Of a DNA stretch of 64,000 nucleotides, positions 1-13,932 are shown in pieces. Origin of the DNA: Podarcis liolepis (taxonomy: Eukaryota); assembly GCA_965112155.1 (NCBI GenBank), contig OZ218102.1; one strand, written 5' to 3'. The position numbers and the translations under genes are program-made. The notes below the pieces were generated by a model. It was not told where the DNA came from, searched no databases, and was given only the letters and a program-made list of their open reading frames with translations. Position 1 is the stretch's first letter. Each line of letters begins with the position of its first letter.

Positions 1-262
1 CCAGGGGACACTACTTGTGCTGGAAGGCTTGCTGTCAATCAGCCAAGAAAGCAATGGGATTTTGCCAAAAGGGAGCTGGGGATATATACGTGAAAGCGGA
101 GGTGTGCCTAGCCACACAACGCCACAGGCAGAAGAAATGCCTGCCGTGAATGGATACTCTGCAATCTACCACCTGATCACTGAATGTCATAAACTGTGCT
201 AACATCTACATAAGTACTCTTACTTTAAAAATATGGACATACAGAACTTCAGTGAAGGCAAC

Positions 263-629
263 AGGTAAAGGTACACCTGCCCGTACGGGCCAGTCTTGCC
301 AGACTCTAGGGTTGTGCGCTCATCTCACTCTATAGGACGGGAGCCAGCGCTGTCTGCAGACACTTCCAGGTCACGTGGCCAGCGTGACAAGCTGCATCTG
401 GCGAGCCAGCACAGCACACGGAAACGCCGTTTACCTTCCCACTAGTAAGCGGTCCCTATTTATCTACTTGCACCCGGGGGTGCTTTTGAACTGCTAGGTT
501 GGCAGGCGCTGGGACCGAACGACGGGAGCGCACCCCGCCGCGGGGATTCGAACCGCCGACCATGCGATCGGCAAGTCCTAGGCGCTGAGGGACGCAGGTG
601 GCCCTGTGGGTAAATCCTCAGCGCCTAGG
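263..629 (-). mobile_element. Sauria SINE with an inverted 5' head
   Basis: (ACCTTT) tail at the left end, body similar to the copy at 22685, tRNA-like B box (GGTTCGAATCC on the minus strand). The head at 591-629 is in the opposite orientation. Confidence 0.9.
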
Positions 630-2133
630 CAATACAACTGTTTTAAGTGCTAGGTTATCAACACCCTTCATAACATGGGCTATCCTGAACAAAATGCTGC
701 ACTTGAAGTGGCATTGATTAATTGATTTAAATTGCACCAATGCCTTATCCATGTGTTTTGATTTCTATTTTTTATTCCAATGTTTGTCTGACAAATACAC
801 TTGATACTCACAATACAAAATGTGTGTTCTTGACGCTGGAGTAACAAAGCAATAGTGGAAATTCTGCTGTTGTAAAGGTCATGCCACCACAGATCAGAAC
901 ACCCCTATCCAGGCTAGTCAAAATGATGACATATTTTTTATTCATCACAATTGTTAATGTTGCATTCTGACTTTTTAAAAAAGCCTTCAAATAGTAAAAT
1001 TATAGAACTACATAAATTATTATTATTATTATTATTTTATAAACACTATTAAACACAGATAACATAAACATAGCAAAAATAGTGGATAGTGAAGCATAAT
1101 TTTTAAAAAATATTGTTAAGGAAAAAGGCATTAAACTGGTACCTAAATGAAATAGCATTATATGTCTCTTGAGTTTATCTGGAGCGAGTATTTAAAAGAT
1201 GGAGAGCTACTACTAAAAAGACTCGCTTCCCAGCTGTCATCCACCTGATTTCTGACAAGGAGGGCACCTGAAGAAGGGCCTCTGAAGCAGATCAGATTTC
1301 AAACAGGTTCGTAATTAACAAGTTAATAATTACCCTCAACCCAATGTTTGTTTGTTTTTTAAATGTTGTTTTCATTGAGAGAAGTTCCTCCATACAAACG
1401 AAGACAACATATGTACAACAAAATCAAACTGTAGGTTTGGACATCAGGAACAGGACAAGGCAAAAAGTTACAGAACAAATCTTACACTACATCAAAGTGA
1501 ACCACCAAATACCAAAAATAGGGTGAAATTAACATATTTGTCAATAAAAGACAATATGCTGATATTGCATAGAGATTACTCAGCATAATCCAGGAATGAA
1601 AATCAAATAGAAATAAATTATTCTGGGATACATGGATCTCTTATCTGACATAATTAATTTTATGCCGGAAGGTTACCTCTCCATACCTTCCCTTTCTACT
1701 CTCAATGGGAGGATGGGTCTGACCATTTCCACTTATGTACCCAGGCAATCACTAGTAAATGGTTAAAAAGATATATTGAAAAATATATTGAGTGATCCGT
1801 TTCGAAGTACAAGCTTAGAATCCTGTACAGGAAGACATTGCAAAATTTCCCCACATTTAGCCAAGGCTATTTCCCAGCATGCTTGGGGGGCAACTGGGCA
1901 CTCCCCATTGAAAGCATCCACTTTCCCACATTGCTTCAAAGACTTAGGGCTTCAGGTCCAAGCTGTTTTGGCTGTACAGAAGCACTAGCACTTTGAATTA
2001 TGCCTGTAAGTAAACAGGCAGAGATCTTTTCACAATGAAAAGATGTGTTCCAGTTAACTAATTAAAAACAGGACAGCTAGACAGTTAACATTTCCAAACA
2101 ATCTTCAGGGACAGCTTAACATACAATGCATTA

Positions 2134-3336
2134 TGTTGGGGGTGCCAACATGTATGCCCTAGGCTAGGGCAGGTTCAGCACACTAACACATACAAGACAC
2201 ATATTGGGCCTGGTTTGGCCATCCCAATCTTGATCTGATAAATCATGTTGTGCCCGCATGTTCACTCCTTGTCCCTTTCACATCTGGCTTCAGAAAAATT
2301 ATCTTGGCTTCTTGAGAAAGTCTCTGAATATCTGAACTGGGAAACCGTGACTTAAGGACTCCCTCCAAACCAGAATATGAAACCATGAAGGCCTAGGCCT
2401 TCCGAAGTGAACAGGAAGTTGGATGGGAGGCTAGGATGTCCCTGATCACCGCTACTGTCTAAACATGTGGGGTTTGCCCCAAGAAACCTTTGTGCTGCAT
2501 ATGCTGATCTAACTTTCTTTAGTTGTATGACACTGTGAGGGCTTTCCTTGCAACTAAAGCTGCAAGTCTCACCACCCTGATGTGCTTCCCTTATGATGGC
2601 TTAAGCAATGTTTCCCTGTTGGGAGTCTTCTGAAGAACAGAAAGGTAGGGGGAAAAGAAAGTGGAGCAAGAGAAACACAAACTTTGTGTGGGCGTGTAGA
2701 AGAACAGAATGGAGATACACAATACAGTAGGAGACAGATCTGGTGGTTGAAATACATAGGAAGTGCTTTAGGAGCAACAAGCCAGGGTTTTGGCAATAAG
2801 AGGAACTTGCTTTTGACCTGAGCAAAGGCAGGAAACAAATTGGAGAGCCAACAGGAGAGGATATCAGGAAGCCTTTAGGATTGCATGTTTCATGCCTGAT
2901 GGGAAGTTTTGCTTCTGCACATGAGTCTGGCAAACCGCTCTAAGCTGAAGCATTCCTTCCTCACCCACCCTAGAATGTTTAGTTCACATTGAGTTCATGA
3001 AACATCGTACCCTGACCTGTTCTTAATGCATGGTTGACCACATCTACGGAATGTGATAGTTATGTTCTTTTAAGTTTTGCTATATCAATCACTAGTAACA
3101 GTTTAATAAGGAGGTTTTCATACCTGTCCAATTCTGTGTTCCCTTTCCCAACCTTTAATCTATTGACGATTAATGCCTATGTGCAACCCTTGCATTGTAT
3201 TTGTGTTAACCAATCAGCAACAAGCACACATGTGGCAATGCTGTAATATTCAATAAAAGGGACTCCCCGAGTCATGCTCGAGAGATGCCTCCCATATGAC
3301 ACTTGTCATTCGTCTGTTGTTTATTTCAACCCAACA
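2134..3336. mobile_element. Possible solo LTR (about 1.2 kb)
   Basis: TGTTGGG...CCCAACA termini, with CCAAT and AATAAAAG near the right end; no clean TSD. Confidence 0.4.
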
Positions 3337-4827
3337 CATGCCCTCCAAGCAGTATTTTTAGAAGCTGTATGAACACGCATATAGCTCCACTGGTGTGTAT
3401 AGGGTAAATGATAACTGTCAGATTATTATTCATTCCAAGAATGACAAGCACTAGCTAATGGTTTGGTACTTCGCCATATGAATCAACCTTGTCTTTAAGT
3501 GCAACTGAACAGAGCTTGATGTTACACATATTTCATAGCTGCTATCCAAAGCAGCAGCCCCACATTTCTGCCCTCCCCCAGCAATGCTTAGAAATGCAAA
3601 ATGTGTGATATGCAAGTTCATACCAAGTGGCAGCAAAAAACATTATCAGGGTGAGAAAGAAGGGGAAAGCTCTCATAATGTTCAGTGCCAGCCACAGCTC
3701 TGACAAAAGCAAGGGCAACAGAAATATTGCTAATTCATTAATAGAGAAAAGATATATCACCCTCTGTACTCTGCTTTAGAAAACCTAAAGGAGCCACATG
3801 TCACAAAAAGAAATGTGAACTGATTGAGGCAGAATCAGATAACAGCAGTATTTTCACCTAGCTGCAGTTGGCCATAGAGGTAAGACTGCTAGCCATCTAA
3901 CTCTGCTTTAAGAACAATTTAACGCAGCTTCCCAATTGCCCTTCCCTAAAGAGTTTCATTGAAAAAACCAAGCCATTAGCTATTGTTCCCAGGACATATA
4001 ATAGGACTAGACCATTTCTATAACAACTTCTTTATTAAAGCATGGAAACTTTTATGGTGAGGGCACAGTTAGCTGTACTCAAAAATTACTTGCTGGTCCT
4101 GCTTCCAGGCATAGAACAGGAAGGCAGAATTAGAAGCTAGACAAACCGATTAGCTCAATCCTTTTCATCCTCCAGAGGCAAAAGTCAGTCCACTGCCTGT
4201 CTATTAAGTACTGCTATGCCCCATTTCAGTTTAAATCTCCCAGGGCAGAGCTACAATGCTTGGATTAGGGCTAGTATGGACACAGTAGCCTGACACAAAG
4301 TTCTCACCCCACTGCCCCTCTTTAATATTCAGGCAAACCTGAATATTACCTGCCTTTCTCCACCCCCAGCAGTAGCCAATGATGAGGAGTAGGAGTGGGG
4401 ATTGCCTAGAATGAAATCAGATTTCAAAGTAACTGTCTGAAACTTACAGGGGCAAAAGGGAGAACCAAACTTGGAAAATAGCACCCAATTGTTAGGATCA
4501 CACCTATTTCTGCTCTAAAATTTAACAGTGATTAGAACAGATCCTATATAGAAACTTCTCACCTGATATGGAGAAAGCTCGACCTAAAGAAAACCACTCA
4601 TACAGCTTGATTTAAACAGCTACTTCTCCTGCTCCTTGCTTCCCCACAATTCTACTTCCTGGTGCAATCATGCTTCGAAAGGTACAGGACAATGGTATTA
4701 ATGGGCAACACGCTTCAGTTATTGTAGTAATTCTGATTCTAGAACAACAAAACACCAAGCTTGCGAAGGGACAAGAAGGATAAACTGGTACTAGAAGAGA
4801 GGAAAGCAAGCAAAAAATAATAATTAC

Positions 4828-4916
4828 CTGACCAGAGTTCCCTCCAAGTGTAATGAAGCCTCACTCTGCATTTCTTCTGGTAGCAAAGCAGCTTGTGCAC
4901 TATTTGAATGCAGCGT
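4828..4916 (-). CDS. ARMH3: ARMH3 coding exon 19, [29 protein letters not shown]; the gene continues beyond the left edge
   Basis: ctccag acceptor, gtaatt donor, 89 nt. The expected next exon (ALINLLKF...) was not found in 1-4827. Confidence 0.95.
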
Positions 4917-5805
4917 CTGGAGAAAACAGAAAACAGAGAGGAAAGCCTAATGAAATAAGCAGCATGTAATTGTGATATACAGTGCAGGAACACTGGCAAA
5001 TTTTCAAGAGCCAGCTGCATAAAAGTGATATTGTTATTTAATTTCGGAATTGCTTCCTCAAAGGGATATCAAAGTGATCTCACCAAACAAATAGAAAATT
5101 TCACAATACAAAAACAACATATATAAAACAACTGCATATATAAAAATAGCTACCAATTGCACGCATAAAACAATTACAAATCAGTACATATATAAACACA
5201 GTTAAAACCATTTGGAATCCAATACAGATATTGCGTCGAATAAAGATCTCCTATTGGAAAGTTGATTGAAAAAGGGAAGTTTTTAACAGACACAAAAAAG
5301 ACAATGAAGATGGTGCCTGTCTGAGTTCCAATGGATAGCTCCTGCTACACTACAGACCTCCTTATAAGATGCTATTTCAGGATTCCCCCTCCTGCAGAAT
5401 GTAGGGATCAGTTATATTTATTATTATTTCATTATTGAGTTTATATCCCACCTGTCCTCCAGTGAGCTCAAGGTAGTGCACCTGTTCCACCCCACTCCAT
5501 TATATCCGGCACTCAACCACCACACTACACTGGCTCAGACTGCTGGGTATATAAGGATGCCAATATGTTTTCAGTATCCTCATCCCCAGCTGTATATGGC
5601 CTTTTCCCACCCATGCTAGGACCTTGAACTTTGCCAGTTAGGTACTGGGCTGTCAATGGAATTATTTCAACAGCCCATTAATATGATGGTGATATTCAGC
5701 CAAAGTGAGCTGTCATTTTATGCACTAGCTGCAGCTTCCAGCTTAACCTCAAGGGCCGTTCCACAAAGAGCTACATCCACATATAGGTAGCACATGGCTG
5801 ACAGT

Positions 5806-6130
5806 TGTCAGGCTACCCTGGTCCAGAAACAGTTATAGCTATCTGATCAGCCAAAGCTAGAAAATGTCTCTCCTGGCCACTGGGGTCCATCTCTGGTGAC
5901 AAAGAGAGTAACCTCACACTACAAACCTGATCCTTTGGGAGGAGCACAACTCTGTCCAAAGCAGGCAATTGACCAATTATCTGAACTCATAAACCAACCA
6001 ATCACAATGCCTGTCTTGCCAGGATACCAAGTCAGTTTCTTCTTACCCAGACTACCACCGAGTCCAGGCACTGATCCAGAGATACACTCTCCTGATTCAA
6101 ACGCTACTGAGAAATAAAGCTGGCATGACA
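5806..6130. mobile_element. Possible short solo LTR
   Basis: TGTCAGGC...GCATGACA termini, internal CCAAT boxes and AATAAA near the end; no TSD. Confidence 0.25.
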
Positions 6131-6869
6131 CCTTGTACCAAATCTCCAAGGGACCGCCTGCAATGGATTCATAGAGATGATAGGATGATAACCTGCAGAT
6201 AATAACCCGCAGCAACCACACAGCACACTTGCCAGGAGGCTGAAAGATAATCACTTCTGAGTTCTTCACCTATTGCAAAGTAACAGTAACACTTTTTTTT
6301 GTAAGCTGTTTCGAGCACAAATGCATTTGTGGGAAATGAAGCATTATAAATGATTTGATTAATCTCCCAGTCTCTCACAGTACACAAAGGTTAGATGCTG
6401 CTGACATTCAAATAGTCCTTCAAAAGAATTTTGAAAGAACATCTCAAGAGCTACATATGATACATGGTTCTGATAAGCCAGGTAAAATGAAGTGGCTTCT
6501 TGCATGCACAGGCATCAAAGCATTAACCCCCCCCCCGCCCCCGCTTTCCTTTTTGGCCTTTTATAGGCCATTAGCACCGTGTTTCACCATCTCTCCTGGA
6601 CAATGCTTCACACACTTGCCTGGTGTTTTGAAATACTTTCCAGCTCAAGATTTTTGCTCTTGTTCTGTTGATTAAGTAATTTAGGAAAACTCTCCGAATG
6701 GGAATTCGTTTCAATTTCAATTTCTTAGCACATTGAACAAAAGCACAACTCTTAGGGAGTTTCCTGAAATTACCTCGGGGAGGGAAATCATTCTGTTTTT
6801 AAAAAAATAAAATAAAAAGTGATGCCTGTTAATAAATGCCTCAATATGCTTTAGTCAACTATTACTTAC

Positions 6870-6930
6870 ACATAAAGATCCATGGGAAATTCTTTCATCA
6901 TGTGTGTGATGATAAATTCTACCATCAGAT
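6870..6930 (-). CDS. ARMH3: ARMH3 coding exon 18, (D)LMVEFIITHMMKEFPMDLY(V)
   Basis: ttctag acceptor, gtaagt donor, 61 nt. Confidence 0.94.
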
Positions 6931-8029
6931 CTAGAAGGAAAGGATATAGATATCATGACAAAACTATGACAAAGACCTTGGACTTATAATCAATTTAAGT
7001 TTTCGTTTCCAGATCGTGAACTTGCACTGCCTAGTGTTAACATCAATGCAGACATAACACACTATAATTATGAGCAGTGGGAAGGGACCGTATGGAGAGT
7101 TCTGGCTGTGGTTATTCTCTTTTCCAAAAACCTGAGATGATACTAGTGGGAAATGAATGCCTTAAAAGCCATGTTTGTGTATGCCTTTCAACTTCCAAGC
7201 ATCAAATCCTTCAAACAGTTGTCCAACTTTCCCCTTATCATCCATATCAAAAGCTACTTTTGAGGGCTAGAATTCTACATATTTCAAATCTTGTCACTGG
7301 TGGAAAATTCCTGCAAAAAACAAGTTTCAGAAATTTGCTGTGACAGGGGGCCATATTTATTTTACACTAGATAATGAGATACAAAATGGTGCTTTACATC
7401 TATGGAGAATGTTCCAAAGCACAATAAATCTGACAGGGTCTCAATAATAGCTTAAATTGTTCCTGTGTCACTGAGTCAATAAAGTCTAATGGCATCACAC
7501 AGTTTCAGAAATATTCAATTTCTATTTCTGGCCTTTTGTCAATGTTTTCCAGAGTGGACAAGGTGACCCAGACACTTTTGCCAATATTTGCCTGTCTTTC
7601 CTACCAATTTTCAAAGAACTGTAGAGTAGAGTGGAATATAAGAATTCTTATATTCAATTATCCACACCAGCTCATCCAGCCTCTTATTTAAAGTCATCAG
7701 CAGTTAATTTTATTTATGTGCAGCACTAATATGTTAGATTTTAGTGCATTATCCAGCTAAGGAAAGTTGGCAACACAGTATTCCATTAGCTTCTGAAACT
7801 CTTTGGAACAAATGTGTTCCATTACTCTGTAGCCAATTTCAGTTAAGATTTATGTATAAAGACTCGCTTTTCTCCTTGCCCAAAGTAAGTAAAGGGGCAG
7901 GCAGAGAAGAGGCAAGAAGATGCCATATTGGTAAATGAAATACATTTTAGAATTAATGCCTAGCTGGCAAAGTACTGAGGAATGTTCTCCTGAGGGAGGT
8001 TCGGCTGGCACCTTCATTATATACATTAG

Positions 8030-8255
8030 GGCATCAGGCAAAAACGTTTCTCTTCAACCAGCCCTTTGGCTGATTAACATCCTATACCCTTTTAAATGTA
8101 TTTGTGGGAGGGGAGTAGGGGGTTATTGGTTTGCCTGGGTTTTTCTGTTCTTGTTTTGTTCTTATGTATTTTATGTTTTTATCTTGTATTTTCATGTTGT
8201 GAACTGCCCTGAGATCTATAAATGAAGGATGATATACAAATTAAATAAATAAATC
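8030..8255 (+). mobile_element. L2-like LINE 3' end remnant
   Basis: Typical squamate L2 3'UTR (T-rich, TGTGAACTGCCCTGAG..., TAAA tail). Similar remnants lie near 1030-1310, 5025-5340, 26030-26250 and 34680-34915. Confidence 0.5.
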
Positions 8256-8313
8256 CACACACACACACCGATCTTCGGAATAGCTGCTGACCAAATCTAG
8301 TAAGTACACTTAC

Positions 8314-8383
8314 CCAGCACTGCGCAAACCAGAGGCCGACAGGGAAGGTTCTTGTCAGCAGCTTTCTTTCTGTGTCTCATAGG
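8314..8383 (-). CDS. ARMH3: ARMH3 coding exon 17, [23 protein letters not shown]
   Basis: tttgaag acceptor, gtaagt donor, 70 nt. Confidence 0.94.
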
Positions 8384-8988
8384 CTTCAAAACACATGGAG
8401 ATAAAATAGTCATGTGGCATGCAGCAGTGACACCCAAGGTACATTATCTCAAATGCTTTCCATGCAAATAAAACTGCTGCCCAAAGGGATGGCTTTCCCC
8501 CTCTCCCATTCCACACAGTCCCATTGGTCACTTTACTGATTTGGCTATAAGCAAAGACTAGGGTATCTGTAGGCTGGGTTTTGGATAGGCTGTACCTCCT
8601 ATTGTGTCCTTCAACACAATGTCCATAAACATCACTGCTAGAGGAAAAAATACTGAGCTAGGTAGCAGATTTTCATACAATCATTGGCTATGATGTTTTA
8701 TCTACAAGTCAGGAAGAGAAGATTTTCACAGTCAGATAGCCGATATGACCATTGGTGTCTGAAGTTAAGGGGCCATGACAAAAAAGAAAAGACAATTTTA
8801 TGCATGAGCTAAATAGAAATCATAAGTGACCCTATGAGAGATGTGCATTTTTGAAACCTTATGTTAATATGGGTCTTTTCAGGATTAATTTATGATATTC
8901 TAACACACTAGAATTACATTTCAAAATTCTGTTCAGTTATCTCAATTATTTAAACATATTATTAAAGTGTGTTTAATCCACATTAAGT

Positions 8989-9059
8989 TGTTGTTGTTGT
9001 TTAGTCGTTTAGTCGTGTCCGACTCTTCGTGACCCCATGGACCAGAGCACACCAGGCAC
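8989..9059 (-). mobile_element. Heavily 5'-truncated RTE-BovB 3' end
   Basis: CCATGGGGTCACGAAGAGTCGGACACGACTAAACGACTAAAC(AAC)n tail on the minus strand. 12-bp TSD TCCACATTAAGT at 8977-8988 and 9060-9071. Confidence 0.85.
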
Positions 9060-9172
9060 TCCACATTAAGTAGGTTTTCATATATTTGGAAGCATCACCA
9101 TGCATGAATGATACCCAATTTAAGAGTCCACACCAGTCTGGTAAACCAAGGCACTTAATGAGAAAGACTCAC

Positions 9173-9238
9173 CATTCTGTGGAGGTTTACTCGAAAATTC
9201 ATGTTGTCATCATGCAGAAAAGCATTAGCATACTGGTC
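9173..9238 (-). CDS. ARMH3: ARMH3 coding exon 16, DQYANAFLHDDNMNFRVNLHRM
   Basis: aatag acceptor, gtgagt donor, 66 nt. Confidence 0.95.
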
Positions 9239-9845
9239 CTATTAAGGAAGAAAAAACACTACAGTCATGAAAGGTAGCACTGTCATGAAAGGTAAACACT
9301 TGCAAAACTGCCAAGTAAATATTATACAGATAACTACCGGTAATTATCAGTCTTTTTATTATGTTTTTAAGCGTGCTTTTAAATTATACTTTTATGCAGA
9401 TTCTCCATATGGATGACTAGCCCAGCTCAAAAACCCCACAAAAAACTGGATGCATTTTGATGCTTCCTTCTGATGTTCATCTCTGCAGGAAAGTGTCAGG
9501 AAAATTGTAATGCACTCTGCAGAATTCACAAAGAAGCTTCTTTACAATAATGTATATAGAAAGCTTTATGGCGACATTCCAATGGACTCATTGTCACTGG
9601 AGTTATTACAGCTTGAGCTGCTGGAAGATGGCTCAGCAGCCTCTGTCAGCTTTCAGTTTAGCTTCAATTCTAAATCAAATCATGTTCTATGTAACACAAG
9701 TATGGCAACAAATTTGCTCTCCTTGAATTCCACAGTCAAACATTGCCCTGGTTGAAAGCAGACAATAACTCTGTCTTCTACTACCTACATTCCTCTCAAG
9801 TAAGCTTAGGTGATATCGACAGCAGCTAATTGCTGAGGTTTTTTT

Positions 9846-9983
9846 AAATAATAATAATAATAATAATAATAACAATAATAATAATAATAATGAAATGGAA
9901 ATAATAGGAATTCATGGCCTCCTGAAATACCACTTTAAAATAATAATGCAACGGAAATAATAGGAATTCATGGCCTCTTGAAA
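9846..9983. repeat. (TAA)n microsatellite followed by a 2-copy tandem duplication of about 56 bp
   Basis: GGAAATAATAGGAATTCATGGCCTC occurs at 9897 and 9953. Confidence 0.85.
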
Positions 9984-10233
9984 CTTTAATAACCAAGATT
10001 CTGGGTAGCATTGATGCAGAATGAGCTGCTGTAGGGCAGAAGGGCCTTGCTCTAATGCTAAACAAAACAGAACCCCAACTATTAGCTGGCACTTGAACAA
10101 AAATACTTTTTCCAATAGAAAAATGGGACTCCTCTAGGAGACTGGAAAGCACCAATGTGTAATCATGTATCACTTCCTAGACGACCTGTGTCAAGTGCCT
10201 TCTGCAGAAGTATATACACATACACATATAAGT

Positions 10234-10235
<2 letters not shown>

Positions 10236-10265
<30 letters not shown>
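10236..10265. repeat. (AC)15 microsatellite
   Basis: Read directly from the sequence. Confidence 0.95.
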
Positions 10266-10267
<2 letters not shown>

Positions 10268-10500
10268 TCTCTCATGTTTACTGCTCCAAACATTCAGTAT
10301 CAGAATAAAAGTAATGGACAAAAGGGAATGATTTGTTTGGGAAGCTGACCATCAGCACATGGTTAACTATAAATACCGCATTAGTTATCATTCGACTTCC
10401 TAAAGAAAGGAGGGCTAGGAATGCAGGCTTAGCGCCAGGTCACAGGCTAGAGGCTAATGCATATGTAAATCAGATACAGGACACCAGCAGCGGGGCTTAC

Positions 10501-10559
10501 CTCTGCTATGCAGGTCAAGATAATCAGACAGAGCTTGCCACTGTGGAGCCGGTGTTCAT
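10501..10559 (-). CDS. ARMH3: ARMH3 coding exon 15, (D)EHRLHSGKLCLIILTCIAE
   Basis: tttcag acceptor, gtaagc donor, 59 nt. Confidence 0.95.
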
Positions 10560-11044
10560 CTGAAAATGAAAAACAGCAGGTCCCACATGAGCCACTTATA
10601 CCTTGATGTGCCAAAGGGTCAATAGGTGAATCAGGAAGCAGAAAAAGCAGAGCAAGAGGTGAGGCATCAGTAGCATTTCAGCTCTACGCTTAAAGTTGTT
10701 ACCCTAGACAAGAAACTGTAAGACCTCCAAAGATCTGTAATAAAGCTTGTGCTATTAATCCTGGTTTCATCGTCTCTCTTTACATCTTTGATGTTAATCT
10801 TTTCCACTGTGTATATGTAACACAGCCACTAGACTTACTATTAGTACAGAAATATTTCTTGTCCCAGAGCCTATCGTTAAGGTGGGGTAACCTGTGGCCC
10901 TTCAGTTGTTGTTGGACTACAACTCCCATCATTCTTCTCTTCCCTATCATCACGCCTAGTTCTGGAACCTTTTTTCTAGCAAAATAGCACTGGAATTTAG
11001 GGCTACTAAAGGCTGCTAGACATGATAGCTATAGTCTACCTTCA

Positions 11045-11202
11045 CGGTCACAGGTAATATGCCTCTGTATACCAGATGCTGGGAATCATAGGCAGGAAAA
11101 GTGCTGTTGCACTCAAGTCCTATTTACTGGCTTCCCATCGGCATCTGGTTGGCCACTTGGTAGACAAGATGGGCCTTCATTCTGATCTAGCAGAGCTCTT
11201 AT
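11045..11202 (+). mobile_element. CR1-like LINE 3' fragment
   Basis: GGCATCTGGTTGGCCAC...TCTGATCTAGCAGAGCTCTTAT resembles the squamate CR1 3' end. Opposite-strand relatives lie at about 40140-40282 and 47126-47230. Confidence 0.55.
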
Positions 11203-13481
11203 CATCCCCTTTTGGCCTCGTAAAGCCTTTTACAATGAGATGGATTTTCTGGCTAACAATGAAGAGCCTTGAAGAGTGGTGGGCAGCCTTGACATGGATC
11301 CAATTGTTAACTCTGCTCACTAAGGACAAAGAGTCATTTTAAAAAAGATAAATGTGAAAACCTCAAAACTGTGGGCAGCTTTGGACATCACAATAAGCCA
11401 TCGTTTATCATGCCAGGAACAAGCCAAAGGAAGCTATCAGATCACATCTTACGTCTTTCTCTGATGCAACCATAATGAGGAAATTGGAAGTTGTTGATTA
11501 ACGGCAATCTGCATTATGTCCAAATCTAAAACTGTGATTAATCTCAAATAAGAATTGTTCAAACAAGGTAGCTTATAACCCATGGTTATGAATCTGGCTT
11601 GTTTTTAATACATATTTATTTAAGATGAACCAGTTTTCACGTATAGGTGAAACAACAAGCTATGATTGATCTAAATGGAAGAAAAAGCTTCTAATCTCCT
11701 CTCTGCAGCCATGGTACAAGAGGAGGGGAAGAGAGCACATGCAAGCCCAATACTTGCTGAAACCCGTTCCCATCACAATAAAGCATAGCTTTTCATAACA
11801 CCCAAACCAGTTCTGTGGGTACATGTAAAGGACAATGGCACACAAGTACATTTAAACATTGCCATCCCTTGAGGCCATGTGTGTTACCCATTTAAAAAGA
11901 AAGCCCCAGTACTCTGGAGCCTTGTTATCTTTTCACTGCAAGACATTGTGGCCACAGTCGTGTTTCCTTTGGGATTACATGCCAGGCATTACTTTTCTAT
12001 ACTGAGCATTTGCTCTTTAGATTACTCATACTGCAAGTGATGCAATATGTTCAACAGCACATCATTGGGTATGGATCTGCAGCTGCACAGAGCAGTACTT
12101 TAGTATCTTACTCTTCTTTATAAGTCATAAGTACATTATAAAAATGACACAGCTACCCCGGTATGGAGACCGACTTTGGTCCTAGGTAATAGACGAGGTG
12201 ACAGGGAGAGGGAGGTTCTGCTACCATGCCATTTCTATGCAGGCAGCGGCTACCTGATTGGAGCTTTCTTCTCTATCTCAAGCCAAGGAAAAGTCAGAAC
12301 CAGGAAACATTAACAGATAACACCAAATGAGAGTAACAACTAGGGGAATTAATTCATAAAATGTTAACTAGACGAGCATTGGTAGAGGTGAACTAACAAT
12401 TAATATCCTTAACGGACAGCATTCAATTTTTCAGCCACCTACACGTTAGAAAGATTAACCTAGAACACTAATTACGCTCTGCTTAAAAAACCTGAAAAGA
12501 GAAAGAATTTAAAAGTAATCTCAAATATTTTTAAAGGGGGAGTCAATGTAATTGTCTTCTCAGAAGATGCATTTTGTTGAATTTAAAAGAACCCAGGCCC
12601 AGCTAAAATTGCTGTTGCAGGATGTTACAAAGGAATTATAACAAAAAGTTGCATTGTGCTGCTTAATGTCTTCACACTTAGCTACATAAACTGTAATGGA
12701 AATTTTAAAAGGACCAAATGACTCTAGTCAAGGGTGGGAGGTAGGGAATAGCTACAGTTCTCTCTTAAACTCTTCAGGAGATTATTTTTGCATGTTGCCA
12801 AAAATGGGACGCTAAGCAAAATGTAGTGGGCTAATGCCAGAAATTCCTATCTTGTGATACAAATGGTCTGCAAAAGGTTAAAATACAGAGGAAAGAAAAC
12901 ATGCCAACGTACAAGGCACTGTGATTTATGAAACCATGATGTAGGCAGACTACCTAAACCCATGCACGACCCAATTATCACCCACTTTATGAAGAAAGTC
13001 AAAGCTTCTTGCCCACTCAGCTGAGCCTTCCTTCACCAGCCCACATCAAGCTACCTTTGCCAGTCAGGAAATATGATACATAGAGGTTCATCCAGAGCTC
13101 TGTTTTGCACTGCTCCTCTTGGGCACTCTTAGAAATGCCATACTCTATGCACTGAAGCCTCTGCCGCCTCCCTCGATATAGCTGAAAATTGGATGCGCTT
13201 TGCCTCATAGGGAGGGCATGCTGAGACTCCTCCGGCGGTTATGAACTACAGTTTTTCTTATTCTATATTTGGTTTCCCTCCCTTCAGCGCCAGGGCTCCC
13301 TAGTATCCAGTAATTGCCATCTGGCAATGAGAAACCAGCTCATTCTCTCAGCGTGAACCACTTTCATCTCCACGGGGAGTCCAGGTAGATTTTTGTATAC
13401 AGACCAACTAGCAACATCCCCTTTCCCCCCACCCTCCAGCAAATTTCTGAAATGTAAAGCTGTGTCAACACAAATGCTTAC

Positions 13482-13583
13482 CTTTGGTGTCCTGCATTAC
13501 AATGGAGCTGTACTTTAAGAAAGTTATCAGCAGGTTGCTGGTCTGCACGTCGGCATCCAGAGGCAGCTCCACGGTGCTTATAA
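13482..13583 (-). CDS. ARMH3: ARMH3 coding exon 14, (V)[33 protein letters not shown]
   Basis: tcctag acceptor, gtaagc donor, 102 nt. Confidence 0.95.
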
Positions 13584-13932
13584 CTAGGAAAGGTCAGATA
13601 AGATTTGCTAATCACCAGCACAAAGTTTCGAAAGCTCTCCCAGTGGAGGTAAAGAGGATGCCTCTGTTATGGAAACATCCAGTCTTACAGGTATTTCTGT
13701 TCATAACTTTCTATAGTCCCAGGCAGTGCCACTACCAGTCCTGATGTCAATAAAAAATAACGTTCATTGGTTCAACTCCCCACTTCAACAATGTGGTAAG
13801 ACCATCCACAACCAACGCCACAGGAAATACTCCAATAAAAACACATTTTTGTAGTGCTTTTGCCACCCTGCTTAATATCCTATTCTGCAGGCATGGCCCT
13901 AACTCACACTTGGCTAACCTGTAGCTCTCCAG

